Shown here in pieces: positions 10,888-21,278 of a stretch of DNA of 64,000 nucleotides (the first letter of the stretch is position 1; the number at the start of each line of letters is the position of its first letter). Made by a program: the position numbers and the translations under genes. Source of the stretch: an uncultured Spirochaetota bacterium (GTDB lineage Bacteria > Spirochaetota > Brevinematia > Brevinematales > JAOACQ01). A model generated the notes under the pieces. It worked only from the letters and a program-made list of their open reading frames with translations, did not search any database and was not told the origin of the DNA. The stretch spans positions 64,001-128,000 of the forward strand of contig CAWAOD010000011.1 in NCBI GenBank assembly GCA_963783575.1. The letters run 5' to 3'.

Positions 10888-11376
10888 CTACTTCACGCGG
10901 ATCATTACTGCATCGTAAGATACATTTTCGGAATTCTCACTTCCTTCAACCGGTCTCCAGCCGCCTGTAAGACTTTTCCCATCCATGCTGAATGTCCCCA
11001 TGTATTTTGCCGTTTTCATCCAATGAGTCACTTCATCACCCCGCACATCCCACCAGTAAGGAAAAACATTCCCGGATATGCTTGAATAAACATTTGAGCG
11101 GAAAGTATGGCCCGCAGGATCATACGAAATTATTTCAAGGCTTTGAATTTTAAAGCCTTTGTAGTTTATCTCGCCTGCCGCTTTAAGAAAGAATCCACCC
11201 GGCATCCACTCAAAAGTTGTCCATCCGCTTATATTATCCTCCTTTGAGTCAAGAGTTCGGCCGGATAATTCCCAGGTGCCGACAAGTTTATCAAGGCGTT
11301 TGAGAGCCGGATCGGGGGACGGAATCTGCATGAATTCCGTATTAACTTCGGCAGTATTTAATTTTTCTTTTGTCAT
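10888..11376 (-). CDS. DUF1579-like beta-barrel protein
   Basis: LKRLDKLVGTW…EWMPGGFFL…ISYDP pattern. Confidence 0.65.
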   Translation of the reverse strand: MTKEKLNTAEVNTEFMQIPSPDPALKRLDKLVGTWELSGRTLDSKEDNISGWTTFEWMPGGFFLKAAGEINYKGFKIQSLEIISYDPAGHTFRSNVYSSISGNVFPYWWDVRGDEVTHWMKTAKYMGTFSMDGKSLTGGWRPVEGSENSENVSYDAVMIRVK

Positions 11377-11399
11377 AACCTTTCCTCCATATTTTTCAA

Positions 11400-11978
11400 T
11401 TAAATCATATTTCCTGCCGGTTCATATGTAAGAACGACAATGCCTTTATCGAACGATTTTGCATCCTTAAGTTTAAAAGCTTTCATAATGTTTCCGTCTG
11501 TAAACAGCTTCCTGCCGCTTCCTAAAATGACCGGATGGACCATAAGACGATACTCATCGACAAGGTCAAGTTTCATCAGAAATTTCACGAGTTCACCGCT
11601 GCCTGCAACAAGGATATCCTGTCCCGGCATTTCTTTCATCTTTTTTATTACCGCTTCAATATTTTCCCTGATGATAGTTGAATTGTTCCATTCGGCTTTT
11701 TCAAGCGTCTTCGATACGACAAATTTTGGAATGCCGTTCATTCTGTCTGCAAACCCAGCATCATCTTTCATAGACGGCCATGCTTTTGCAAAACCCTGGT
11801 AGGTTATCCGCCCGAGAAGAAGAGCTCCGCTTGAGAAAAGCTCATCATATTTGAACTTAGCAGCATCAGCGCCCCAGAATTTAAAGCTCCAGCCGCCATT
11901 CACTGTTTTTTCCGAACCGCCAGGGTCTTCCATTACACCGTCAAGCGTCAGGTACTCGGTTGCTATTATTTTTCTCAT
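11400..11978 (-). CDS. Dihydrofolate reductase-like (RibD_C) protein
   Basis: MRKIIATEYLTLDGV, LLGRITY, LVDEYRLMVHPVILGSG; start moved to ATG 11978. Confidence 0.88.
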   Translation of the reverse strand: MRKIIATEYLTLDGVMEDPGGSEKTVNGGWSFKFWGADAAKFKYDELFSSGALLLGRITYQGFAKAWPSMKDDAGFADRMNGIPKFVVSKTLEKAEWNNSTIIRENIEAVIKKMKEMPGQDILVAGSGELVKFLMKLDLVDEYRLMVHPVILGSGRKLFTDGNIMKAFKLKDAKSFDKGIVVLTYEPAGNMI

Positions 11979-12010
11979 ATTAAAAACTCCTATTTTAAAC
12001 CGGTTAAACC

Positions 12011-13405
12011 TCAGTTTAAGATTTCGGGGCAAGGTACCTCCTCGCACAGGCGGATGCAGGATACCGTTTTACGGAAGCTGAAGAGATAAAACATACCCCC
12101 GAGAAAAGTGACCAGTGAAAACAGGAGCAAAAGATTGCTGTAACCATAGCTCCCCGGCATCGTAACGACGGGGAGGAGCTGAAATTCAAGCCACCTTCCG
12201 TCGAGAATTTTTCCTGCCAGCGCGGTTCCGACAGCGCCGGAAATTATGGAAACAAGATTAAACAGCCCCATACCGATACCGGTTTCCTGTTCGGGAAGGG
12301 TCTGGGAAACGCTGTTTATCATGGCCGTCTGGAAGAGTGAAAAACCTGTATATGTCAGCAGCAAAGCGGCGGCAATGATCAGGGATGAAAAGCTCAGCAG
12401 GAACGACATCAATATCATGCTTGCAATCAGAAGGATCAGACCGATGGCTACAACAAAATTATTGCCTTTGCGGTCGGCTAGTGAACCGGCGATAGGGCCG
12501 AATATAACAGAGCTTATTGCACCGGGAAAAAGTATCAGGCCGATCTGGCCGGTACTCAGACCATGGATTTCATGCAGCATTAGTGGAATAATGAACAGGA
12601 TACCGATAACTATTGAGAACAGGCTGAAACCGACAATAACCCCGCTTCGAAACCTGGCGTTTTTGAACAGCTCCGGTTTAATGAACGGTTCGGAAGCCGT
12701 AAGTATGCGGTATATGAATGCGACAAGGAAGAAACCGAATGCCGCCAAGAAATACCATTCGCTGAAGTTCAGGTAAACGACAAAACTACCGACCGCCAAT
12801 GCAATCAATGCAGCACCGGTAATGTCGACACTCCCTGCCCTGCGTGGTTCTTCAGGAAGTTCCCTGACGAGAAATCCGATCGAAACAAGCATGAGGAGTG
12901 GAATAAGGAACAGGTACGACCAATGAAGTGATCCCGACACGAATCCTCCGATGACCGGTCCGACACCGATTGCGAATGAAACTGTTGAAGTTATAACGCC
13001 AAAAATCTTTCCCCTTTCCTGATCGGAAAAGTAGCGGGCAACAACAACAAAAATAAGCGAAGGGATTGCAGAAGCCCCGATCCCCTGAATGGCCCTGGCC
13101 AATATAACAAGCGGATAGGAAAACTGAAGAACAAAGCCCATGATTGACCCCGTGTTGTATAAAACAATCCCTATGACTATCAAATGGCGAAGGCTGTATA
13201 TATCGGACAGTTTTCCATAAATCACGGACCCGATGCCGAAAAAGACAAGGAAGATAGTCATCATCCAGCTTACACCCGAGTGGCTGAGGGCGAACTGTTC
13301 GGCTATCCTGGGCGTTGAAACATTGAACACGGTCTCGTTTAAAACCGAGAAAAATATTAAATAAATTATCCAGGGGACCAGCTTTTTCAAATTTTTAGTT
13401 TTCAA
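12011..13405 (-). CDS. MFS drug:H+ antiporter (DHA2, TetK/TetL-like, about 14 TM)
   Basis: FFSVLNETVFNVSTP, YGKLSDIY, ARAIQGIG, GPVIGG. Confidence 0.88.
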   Translation of the reverse strand: MKTKNLKKLVPWIIYLIFFSVLNETVFNVSTPRIAEQFALSHSGVSWMMTIFLVFFGIGSVIYGKLSDIYSLRHLIVIGIVLYNTGSIMGFVLQFSYPLVILARAIQGIGASAIPSLIFVVVARYFSDQERGKIFGVITSTVSFAIGVGPVIGGFVSGSLHWSYLFLIPLLMLVSIGFLVRELPEEPRRAGSVDITGAALIALAVGSFVVYLNFSEWYFLAAFGFFLVAFIYRILTASEPFIKPELFKNARFRSGVIVGFSLFSIVIGILFIIPLMLHEIHGLSTGQIGLILFPGAISSVIFGPIAGSLADRKGNNFVVAIGLILLIASMILMSFLLSFSSLIIAAALLLTYTGFSLFQTAMINSVSQTLPEQETGIGMGLFNLVSIISGAVGTALAGKILDGRWLEFQLLPVVTMPGSYGYSNLLLLFSLVTFLGGMFYLFSFRKTVSCIRLCEEVPCPEILN

Positions 13406-13467
13406 AATATATCTCCTTATTAAAGGCTATTGTAATAGCCTTTATATTTTTTAATCAAGCTTCTTTT

Positions 13468-14025
13468 TTATTTTAAGGGCTCGTAATTAAGGATCACGTT
13501 TCCCGATTTCATTTGCTTAACATTTATCAGTTTCAGCTTAAACCTTTCATTGATGCCTTTTAATAAAGGCTTGCCCCCACCCAGGAAAAGCGGGTTCAAA
13601 AAAATCACGAATTCATCTATCAAGCCGAATTGAATAAAGCTCAATGCAAGATCGGAACTGCCGAATATTGCCATATCCTTGCCCGGCATTTCTTTAAGTT
13701 TATTTATTTCACCGGCATTAAAGTTTTTTACAAGCCTTGTATTATGCCATTCCGCCTTTTCGAGAGTTTTTGAAAAAACGATTTTAGGCAGGTTATTCAT
13801 TCTTTCTGCAACGACAGAATCATCATTAATGGCCTGCCCGGTCGGCCAGTAACTGGCCATGAGCTGGTAAGTAACCCGTCCGAAAATAAGGGTTTCCAGC
13901 CTGTTCAGAAAATCAACCGCATATTCGTTAAATTCGGCATCCACATTATGCCAGTCAATTTCCCTGTTAGGGCCTTCATAATAACCGTCAAGGGTTATCA
14001 GATTTTGAAAAATAATTTTTCTCAT
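13468..14025 (-). CDS. Dihydrofolate reductase-like (RibD_C) protein
   Basis: MRKIIFQNLITLDGY, FGRVTYQ, FGSSDL, GLIDE; start moved to ATG 14025 (GGAGG upstream). Confidence 0.88.
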   Translation of the reverse strand: MRKIIFQNLITLDGYYEGPNREIDWHNVDAEFNEYAVDFLNRLETLIFGRVTYQLMASYWPTGQAINDDSVVAERMNNLPKIVFSKTLEKAEWHNTRLVKNFNAGEINKLKEMPGKDMAIFGSSDLALSFIQFGLIDEFVIFLNPLFLGGGKPLLKGINERFKLKLINVKQMKSGNVILNYEPLK

Positions 14026-14196
14026 GACAGGAACCCTCCTTAAAAATACTCTATGGATTGTCCAAAAATTAGAAGTGCCTCTGTTATAATAATAATTAAA
14101 AAATATCAGAACGGAAACTTTTCCAAAGGCTTTTGTTTGATCGGAAATGGGGCTGAAATGCCGTTCTCCCTTTTGGGAAAAGGGAAGCAAAAGCCT

Positions 14197-14556
14197 GTTC
14201 CTTTCTTTCCTGGACAGCCAGGATAGAAAGGAACCAAAAGAAAGGAGCTGCCCCCGCAGCATATATTATACTGGGCTTTTTTAGTTATGCTAAGATCGGA
14301 GAAACACCGCGAGTATTGGAAAGATCACCGTAAAACCCGGATACCAAGTAACTACGGGCGCAGGATGCGCCATGACAGCTTTACTTTTACCAATCAAGCA
14401 GTGCAGAATATCAATACTTAATTGTATTAATACAAATTATTTATTTAATAAGTAGCAAGTCGGCAATTAATACCTTTATGACATTACCCTACAATTAAGT
14501 ATTGATATTCTGCGAGCGACACTATGTCGCACAGAAATGGCGCTCATACTGCGGGG
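14197..14556 (-). repeat. Palindromic MITE/REPIN-like element, family A
   Basis: Ends CCCCGCAGCAT (14252) and AGAAATGGCGCTCATACTGCGGGG (14533-14556); flanking hairpin 14197-14234; similar to 27331-27669 and 46967-47182. Confidence 0.7.
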
Positions 14557-14610
14557 ATGAAAGTCTTGTAAAAATGAGGATTTCCGTTTCACCGATTGTA
14601 TAATTAAAAT

Positions 14611-14644
14611 AAAAAAGCCGGACCTAAAAATAATCCGGCTTTTA
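14611..14644. terminator. Intrinsic terminator after the blaI-blaR1 operon
   Basis: AAAAAAGCCGGA…TCCGGCTTTT hairpin with A and T tracts. Confidence 0.65.
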
Positions 14645-14660
14645 TATTTGATTCAAAAAT

Positions 14661-15548
14661 CTATATCTTTTTAAGAACATATATTACTTTGTTTAATTTA
14701 TCATGGACAGTTAATACCGAGGCGTCCCTGCTCAAAAAAACGGTGCCGACATTTATATTATTTAATTGGGCGGGCAGGCTTTCTTCCTTCCACGTTTTTC
14801 CTCCGTCTGCGGTTTGAAGAATCATCCATTTTTGTTTCTGTTCTAAGATAGCTGTTATAAGGGTGCCTTTACTTTCATCGGTAAAGCGGAGTGCTGCTTT
14901 TGGAGCCGTTGGAACCATGATAAGCAGTTGTCTGCCTTTAAAGTCTATTTTATGCGAATCCCAGGTCTTACAACCATCCTTTGTTATAAAAAGATCACCG
15001 CTCAATGTGAAAAGAAATCCCTGATCTTTGGAAAGCATGTGGATTGCCATAATATTTTTTATCTGCGGGGGGAGTGTAATCTCCGTCCAGCTTTTTGCGC
15101 CGTCATAGGTGACGGCCAGTCTGCTTTGCGAAGCTATCCAGCCTGACTCGGGATCTATGAAACTTAAATACCTGCATTCATTGGGTTCAAAATTACCGAA
15201 ATCTGCCGCTTCGACCCATGTCACTCCGCTGTCATGGGATACGCGGACATTACCATTGTTTCCGCTCGTCCATGCGTTATTCGGATCAAGAATTTCCAGC
15301 CCGAAACGGCACGCGGAAACATTTACACCATTCGGCCAGCTTTTGCCGCCATCGGATGTATAATGAACTTCACCTGCATATCCGGCTGTAATCCCGTTTG
15401 TCAGGTCGTAAAAACCGGCTATGTAAACAGCGTTGGTATTATAAGGGGAACTAAGCTTTATTTTCCATTTTACTGCGGCAAAAGCGCTGCCGGTAAATAA
15501 TACAGTCAAAAATATCAGGAAAGCGAGCGGGAACATGATTTTTTTCAT
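14661..15548 (-). CDS. Secreted BNR/Asp-box (YCF48-like) beta-propeller protein
   Basis: Signal peptide; repeated TxDGGKxW-type boxes. Confidence 0.82.
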   Translation of the reverse strand: MKKIMFPLAFLIFLTVLFTGSAFAAVKWKIKLSSPYNTNAVYIAGFYDLTNGITAGYAGEVHYTSDGGKSWPNGVNVSACRFGLEILDPNNAWTSGNNGNVRVSHDSGVTWVEAADFGNFEPNECRYLSFIDPESGWIASQSRLAVTYDGAKSWTEITLPPQIKNIMAIHMLSKDQGFLFTLSGDLFITKDGCKTWDSHKIDFKGRQLLIMVPTAPKAALRFTDESKGTLITAILEQKQKWMILQTADGGKTWKEESLPAQLNNINVGTVFLSRDASVLTVHDKLNKVIYVLKKI

Positions 15549-15562
15549 ATAATATTCCTCCT

Positions 15563-17101
15563 TTAAAATTTCATATAAAACTTGGATTCATTTTTTATCA
15601 ATAAGTCTTTACTCTCCTCTTTTTGTTGTGATCTTGTCGACATCAGGTAAAGCGCATCTTCTATTGATATTGTTTCCGATTCATCTTTATAATAATCAAT
15701 TCGTTTGATAAGATCCTTATCACAGATGGTATTACTGGCCGCTCTTGAGGCCAATGAAATTATTTCCGTAACGTCGCCTCCATATGTAACCGATATTTCC
15801 AGAAGATCTTTTAAGCGGGGAACTTCATGATCCGCCTTTGCTGCAATCTCCGCGATCCATGTAACCGGCATCGATTTATAATCAGCGCGGGGAATAATCC
15901 GGCCCGCGGTTCTGATTACATCCCTGTTATACCTGGCGATTCGGGCTGCAGCCAGCAGGCGTTTCATCGCATCATTTCGCGACTTTGACGTACTGTAATA
16001 GCTTTCAATCTCTGAAGCTAATTTCTGGCCCGGCGCTAATGCGCTGGTAAGCGTCACAAAAGAAAGAATCATAAATATTCCCAATAAAATAAGATTGATA
16101 ATTCGGTTATGCGCTTTGAAAAACATGATCTTTTTCAGCCGCCATTTGATCTGTCCAGGGCCGACTGCAATTGAAGCCATGGCTGGATTCGGCAAAAATG
16201 AACCGGATATTCTTTCCAGCATGCGTATGATAATAAGCGCGTAATTCCTTCTTTCCACAGGTTCTATGCGGGAAAGAACCCTTGAATCGCATGCCGCCTC
16301 CGCATCATTCTTCATCCGGTAAAATGCGTACCAGATAAGAGGGTTAAACCAGTGCAGAATCTGGAATAAATTGATCAGCCAATTGATAAGAATGTCTTTT
16401 CTTTTATAATGAAAAATCTCATGCATAAAAATGTAACGCAATTCATTATAATTAAAATTATTTTCCAGGTCAGCCGGCATCAGCAGCTTCGGATGAAATA
16501 ATCCGTAAATAGAGGGAATATTTATTGCATTACCGTAATATATCCCTATTGCTTTATTTATTTTTAATTCTTTTTTACATTCATTCCAGATTTCTAAAAT
16601 CTTACCACTGTTAATATAAATAAAGTTTTTTTTGATTTTAAAACCATAGAAAATATGAATCCAGACCGTATAAAAAACCAGGAGAATGACTCCCGTAAAC
16701 CAGATTAAACCAAAATGACCTATAAAATTCATATTCGAATTTGAACCGGATGTATTTCCTGAGGTATTTTGAAGAGGTTTGTTTTCAAGCGGCAAACCAT
16801 TGTTCCGGCCGGTTATCATAGAGGAAAAAATATTGGTAAAGTTTTCGTTCAAACCGGGGATATCCAGGCTATAGCTGCTGAACTGGTTTCCGTTAATCTT
16901 TACCAGGTTGAAAATACTTGCGATGCTGCCTGGTCCAAAAGGCACCGCCAGTTTCAGAATAAAAATGAACCAGAGCGCATACTGCCAGAAAGGGCTTAAA
17001 TAATTTCGAAAAACAAGCTGGATTCCAAGAATCAATAGTATCAATATACAGGCCATAAATGAAGAAATAAGGATCCAGTTAAAAAATATATTGATATTCA
17101 T
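15563..17101 (-). CDS. BlaR1/M56-family membrane metallopeptidase with an uncharacterised C-terminal domain
   Basis: HEIFH zinc motif, HWFNPLIW, EAACD; downstream of blaI. Confidence 0.88.
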   Translation of the reverse strand: MNINIFFNWILISSFMACILILLILGIQLVFRNYLSPFWQYALWFIFILKLAVPFGPGSIASIFNLVKINGNQFSSYSLDIPGLNENFTNIFSSMITGRNNGLPLENKPLQNTSGNTSGSNSNMNFIGHFGLIWFTGVILLVFYTVWIHIFYGFKIKKNFIYINSGKILEIWNECKKELKINKAIGIYYGNAINIPSIYGLFHPKLLMPADLENNFNYNELRYIFMHEIFHYKRKDILINWLINLFQILHWFNPLIWYAFYRMKNDAEAACDSRVLSRIEPVERRNYALIIIRMLERISGSFLPNPAMASIAVGPGQIKWRLKKIMFFKAHNRIINLILLGIFMILSFVTLTSALAPGQKLASEIESYYSTSKSRNDAMKRLLAAARIARYNRDVIRTAGRIIPRADYKSMPVTWIAEIAAKADHEVPRLKDLLEISVTYGGDVTEIISLASRAASNTICDKDLIKRIDYYKDESETISIEDALYLMSTRSQQKEESKDLLIKNESKFYMKF

Positions 17102-17104
17102 AAA

Positions 17105-17479
17105 TTACTCCTTTTTTTTATCCAGTATGCGTTTGAGTTCAGCGATCTCTTCCGGAGAAAACTTTCTCGCGTCCAGGAAGCTTGCAAGCATAGCCTGAAG
17201 AGCCCCGCCATGGACCCTATCCAGGAAAGTTTCATTCTCAATCCGTACGCATTCGGCTTCAGGAACTATCGCGTAATAAGTAAAAGTACGGTTTTTTTTA
17301 TCAACCCCTAAGGCCCCTTTCTTCACAAGCCTGCTTAGGAATGTTTTTATCGTACGGTGATTCCAGCTCGTCTTCTCAGACAATTCATTCACAACCTGGC
17401 TGGCAGTCATTGGCCCTTTCGACCAAATTTCCCTCATAACCGTCCATTCCGTATCTGAAATATGCGGTATAGTTTTCAC
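17105..17479 (-). CDS. BlaI/MecI/CopY family repressor
   Basis: ISDTEWTVM…W, TIKTFLSRLVKKG. Confidence 0.92.
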   Translation of the reverse strand: MKTIPHISDTEWTVMREIWSKGPMTASQVVNELSEKTSWNHRTIKTFLSRLVKKGALGVDKKNRTFTYYAIVPEAECVRIENETFLDRVHGGALQAMLASFLDARKFSPEEIAELKRILDKKKE

Positions 17480-17494
17480 ATAAACCTCCTGTTA

Positions 17495-17545
17495 ATGACT
17501 ACAAATGAAGTCATACATATTACAATTGTAGTCAATTTTTGTCAA
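17495..17545 (-). promoter_or_regulatory. sigma70 promoter overlapped by BlaI-type operators
   Basis: TTGACA(17545-17540)-17 bp-TAATAT(17522-17517); TACAATTGTA palindrome at 17521-17530 and imperfect ATGACTACAAATGAAGTCAT at 17495-17514. Confidence 0.7.
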
Positions 17546-17617
17546 GATAAAATAAAAAATATTTTTTCATGCAACATATGCAATCAGTGCACTGCCATGC
17601 AACATTGTGTTACTGAA

Positions 17618-17903
17618 GAACTAGCGTTCGGCTGGATGTTAACTTTTAGGCGGATATCATGGAGCATCCTGCTCCCTTTATTACTTGGTTTTTCCCGATT
17701 TAGCTCACATCCTGTTTCATACGGAATTTCATTCCTTATAGATCGGTAGGTCGCTTTTCCGAGTCGCTCTCAACAGTGACTTTTCTTTCCTGGGCAGCCA
17801 GGGAAGGTGCCGCCCGAGAGGGCGGGTTGCTATCGGAAGCTCGCTGCGGCAAAACACACTCACGCCGATGCGGCCTATCTCTGTGAGTATGTTTTGCCTC
17901 CGC
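17618..17903 (+). repeat. Family-A-related palindromic repeat fragments
   Basis: GAACTAGCGTTCGGCT…GGAGCATCCTGCTCC shared with 27176-27232; TTTCTTTCCTGGgCAGCCAGG shared with 14202-14222. Confidence 0.6.
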
Positions 17904-18161
17904 TTATCTTTCCGAAAGCCTTGTAAAAAAGAACAGCCGGGAAATTTATAAACAATTCTTTTATCATTAATAAAAATCTAAAATTACCAATTCTTTTTGG
18001 TTATTCGCCGGCTGTTCCAAGTATGATAAATATCAAAGTAATTCCAATTAAGAAATACTCCGGGGGGATGTTTCCCCAAAGACGGGGAAATGGTAAACAA
18101 GTTCGGGGAGGCAGTGTTTTGATTCGGGGGAATCATCCCCGAAAGCTGGGAGAGTATATTT

Positions 18162-21100
18162 TCACATGAAATTTGTTAGTTTCGAAGAGATATTATCCAT
18201 CCGGCGGTTCTCAAACCTACTGAGCGCGCTATAGACACAGGGTACTACAAAAATAGTTAATAAAGTAGAAACTATTACACCCCCGATCAGGGCAATCGCC
18301 ATTGGGATCCGGCTTTCCGCCGACGGACCGATTGAAAGCGCGGGGGGAACTGCTCCAGCTATTGTCGCAAGCGAAGTCATCAAAATCGGACGTAAACGTA
18401 TAGGACATGCTTCCAACAGGGCATCTTTGACGGATTTTTTCCCCTCCGTCCTGACCCGTTTTGTAAAATCAATCAGCAGAATTGAATTTTTCTTTACAAT
18501 TCCCATTAGAAGGATGAGTCCAATCATACTGTAAATATTGATAGAACGGCCGGTGGCGTACAGGGCAATTAAAGCGCCTGAGGCGCTGAATGGTAGAGCC
18601 ATTAAAACTGTGACGGGGTCAATGAAACTATTGAACTGTACCGCGAGTACCATATATGCGATAAAGACACCCAGAATCAAGGCGAATATAAGACTTTGAT
18701 AAGATTCATCGAATGTCTTGGAACTGCCGCTCATAGTAATATAATAGCCGACAGGCAGGACCCGTTTGGATATTTCTTCAACAGCTTGCAGGGCCTTCTG
18801 CTGAAAACTCCCGGCTTTTACATTGGCATAAACGGTTATTGCGCGTTCGCGATTATATCGATTTACGGTAACCTTTGTATTCTTTTCCTCAATATTGACA
18901 AGATTGTATAGTGGTATCCTTTGACCATGATTGTTCCATACATAGAGGCTTTTTATCTTATCTTCAGGAAATTGCTTTGTGTCTTCAAGTTTTACATTAA
19001 TATCATAACGGTGGCCGCCCTGGGGATATGTTCCGATTATAATGCCTCCTATCATCGCGTTCACTGTTTGATCAATACCGGCAATGCTAACCCCATACTC
19101 TATGGCTTTTTTTCGGTCCGGAATGATATGAAGTTCGGGAGCCCCTTCCTGATAATCCGAGTCCAGATCATTGACAAGGCCGGTTTTATCCAGTTCAGTC
19201 ATAATCTGGCGTGAATACCCGGCGAGTTTGTCCCAATCAGGGCCCTGCACCGTAAATTCGACAGGGAAACCCCTGGAAGCCACGAAACTTTTCATCGAAA
19301 GATCCTGAAGAACTGCCCGGACATTATGCAGCTTATTGAAACGGCTGCGGCATAGCGCCATAAATTCCTGCTGGCTCAGCTCATGCCCTGCATCCGGATC
19401 AATACCACGATGCCTGCGGTCTTTCATAGTAACCAACACCTGCCCGCTGTTTGCGTCGCCCGGGGAACCTCCCCCAACTTGAAGGACATATCTGTCAATT
19501 TCCTTCCTTGTCGCAAGGAATTTTTCAACCTCGGAAAATCTTGTATCGGAATAATCAAGTGATGATCCTATGGGCGTCTTCAGGCGGATGTTAAAACGGC
19601 TCTGGTCCTCAGCGGGAAGAAATTCTTTATTGATGTAGCGTATGGTCAGGAAACTCAAACCGAAGAAAGCGAATGACAGAATAATAACGATCAACCGGTG
19701 TTTCAATACCCATAATAGTGAGATTTTATAAATATTTGTCAATCCGGAAAGGAGCCAGTCCATAAACCTGCCTATAATTGTCTTCCTTTTCCCGGCATCG
19801 ACAAACTGGGAGCAGAACATTGGGGTTAGTGTTAAGGCATTTACCAGGGATAATAATACCGCTACAGTTATTGTTACCCCGAACTGGAAAAAATATTTCC
19901 CTATCACACCGCTCATAAACGCGACAGGCAGAAAAATAGCCACAATTGAAATAGTCGCCGCGATAGCGGCGAAACTTATCTCTCTGGAACCATCAATTGC
20001 CGCATTAAGCCTGTTTTTTCCCTTTTCCTGGTGCCGGACAATATTTTCCAGCACTATTATGGCATCGTCGACAACTATTCCGACAGATAGGCTCAATCCC
20101 ATTAAAGTAAATGTATTTAATGTAAATCCGGAAAAATATAGCACGATGAAAGTCCCGATTACCGAAGTCGGCATGGATAATAACACATTCAGAGTTGATG
20201 ACCATGAACCGAGAAATATAAAACAGACGAAAGCGGTAAGAAGTATGGAAAGAATGAGTATGAAATTCAGTTCTTTGACAGACTGTTCAATATAACGTGT
20301 ACTGTCGAAATTAATTGCCAGATGCATTCCCTCCGGAAGAGTTTTCTGTATCTCATCAACCTTGGCGCGGATTGCCCTGGCTACATTAACCGCATTTGCG
20401 CCGCGCTGTTTTCTAATACTCAGTCCGACACCTGGGACACCGTTTCCACGGCTCATTCTTGTAATATCTGCAAGGCCTTCGTCGACTTTTGCCACATTTT
20501 TAAGAGAAAGAAGGGCATAGTTTGGCTGTCCGTTACGCTGATCAATATTTAAATTCTCAAATTGTTTAACAGATGTCGCTTCACCCATTATACGTACGAA
20601 AAGCTGCTTATTGTCCTTGTTGATGATGCCAGCCGGTGATTCCGTATGCCCTTTCTGAATGGCATCGATAATATCAGATACCGTCAAATCATAATCGTTA
20701 AGCTTTTTCGCGGACAGCCAGATCCGCAGGTTCGGATCAACATATCCGCCTAGAGTGATATCGCCCACTCCCGTAACCATGGCAAACTGATTTTTCAAAC
20801 GGTCGTTGACAAATTCCATCAGATACCTTAGCGGGTACCGGGCGCTGTCCAAAGTCAGTAACATAATAGGCTGGTCTTCAGGGTTAACTTTTGAAATAGT
20901 CGGAAGCTTGGCGTCCTTTGGAAGCCGCTGCTGAATTTGAGCTACCTTGGCCTGTACATCCTGGACCGCGATATCGATATTACGGCTAAGATCAAATTCA
21001 ATAGTAACAGTCCCTTCACTATTTTCCGATTGGGAAGTAACATGACGGACACCCTGGATGCTCATCACCGCGTCTTCCACGGTGTCCACGATCTCTGTCT

Positions 21101-21278
21101 CTATGATTTCAGGCGCGGCGCCTTCCAGTCTGATATTTACCGATACTACCGGAAAATCAACATCCGGAAGCTGGCTGATTCCCATCCTCATAAAAGAAAT
21201 CCCGCCCAGCACAATGAGACCTGTCATCAACATCCAGGCAAATAAAGGGCGTTTTATAGACAGTTCAGGCAATGTCAT
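18162..21278 (-). CDS. RND efflux permease (AcrB/AcrD/AcrF family)
   Basis: 1038 aa; LPDVDFP, GIVVDDAIIVLENI, GIVKKNSILL, RLRPILMTS. Confidence 0.95.
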   Translation of the reverse strand: MTLPELSIKRPLFAWMLMTGLIVLGGISFMRMGISQLPDVDFPVVSVNIRLEGAAPEIIETEIVDTVEDAVMSIQGVRHVTSQSENSEGTVTIEFDLSRNIDIAVQDVQAKVAQIQQRLPKDAKLPTISKVNPEDQPIMLLTLDSARYPLRYLMEFVNDRLKNQFAMVTGVGDITLGGYVDPNLRIWLSAKKLNDYDLTVSDIIDAIQKGHTESPAGIINKDNKQLFVRIMGEATSVKQFENLNIDQRNGQPNYALLSLKNVAKVDEGLADITRMSRGNGVPGVGLSIRKQRGANAVNVARAIRAKVDEIQKTLPEGMHLAINFDSTRYIEQSVKELNFILILSILLTAFVCFIFLGSWSSTLNVLLSMPTSVIGTFIVLYFSGFTLNTFTLMGLSLSVGIVVDDAIIVLENIVRHQEKGKNRLNAAIDGSREISFAAIAATISIVAIFLPVAFMSGVIGKYFFQFGVTITVAVLLSLVNALTLTPMFCSQFVDAGKRKTIIGRFMDWLLSGLTNIYKISLLWVLKHRLIVIILSFAFFGLSFLTIRYINKEFLPAEDQSRFNIRLKTPIGSSLDYSDTRFSEVEKFLATRKEIDRYVLQVGGGSPGDANSGQVLVTMKDRRHRGIDPDAGHELSQQEFMALCRSRFNKLHNVRAVLQDLSMKSFVASRGFPVEFTVQGPDWDKLAGYSRQIMTELDKTGLVNDLDSDYQEGAPELHIIPDRKKAIEYGVSIAGIDQTVNAMIGGIIIGTYPQGGHRYDINVKLEDTKQFPEDKIKSLYVWNNHGQRIPLYNLVNIEEKNTKVTVNRYNRERAITVYANVKAGSFQQKALQAVEEISKRVLPVGYYITMSGSSKTFDESYQSLIFALILGVFIAYMVLAVQFNSFIDPVTVLMALPFSASGALIALYATGRSINIYSMIGLILLMGIVKKNSILLIDFTKRVRTEGKKSVKDALLEACPIRLRPILMTSLATIAGAVPPALSIGPSAESRIPMAIALIGGVIVSTLLTIFVVPCVYSALSRFENRRMDNISSKLTNFM

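Noticed and set aside
14026..14262. N-terminal extension of ORF 13468-14262
   Set aside because: It translates repeat DNA; the RibD_C domain and RBS start at 14025.
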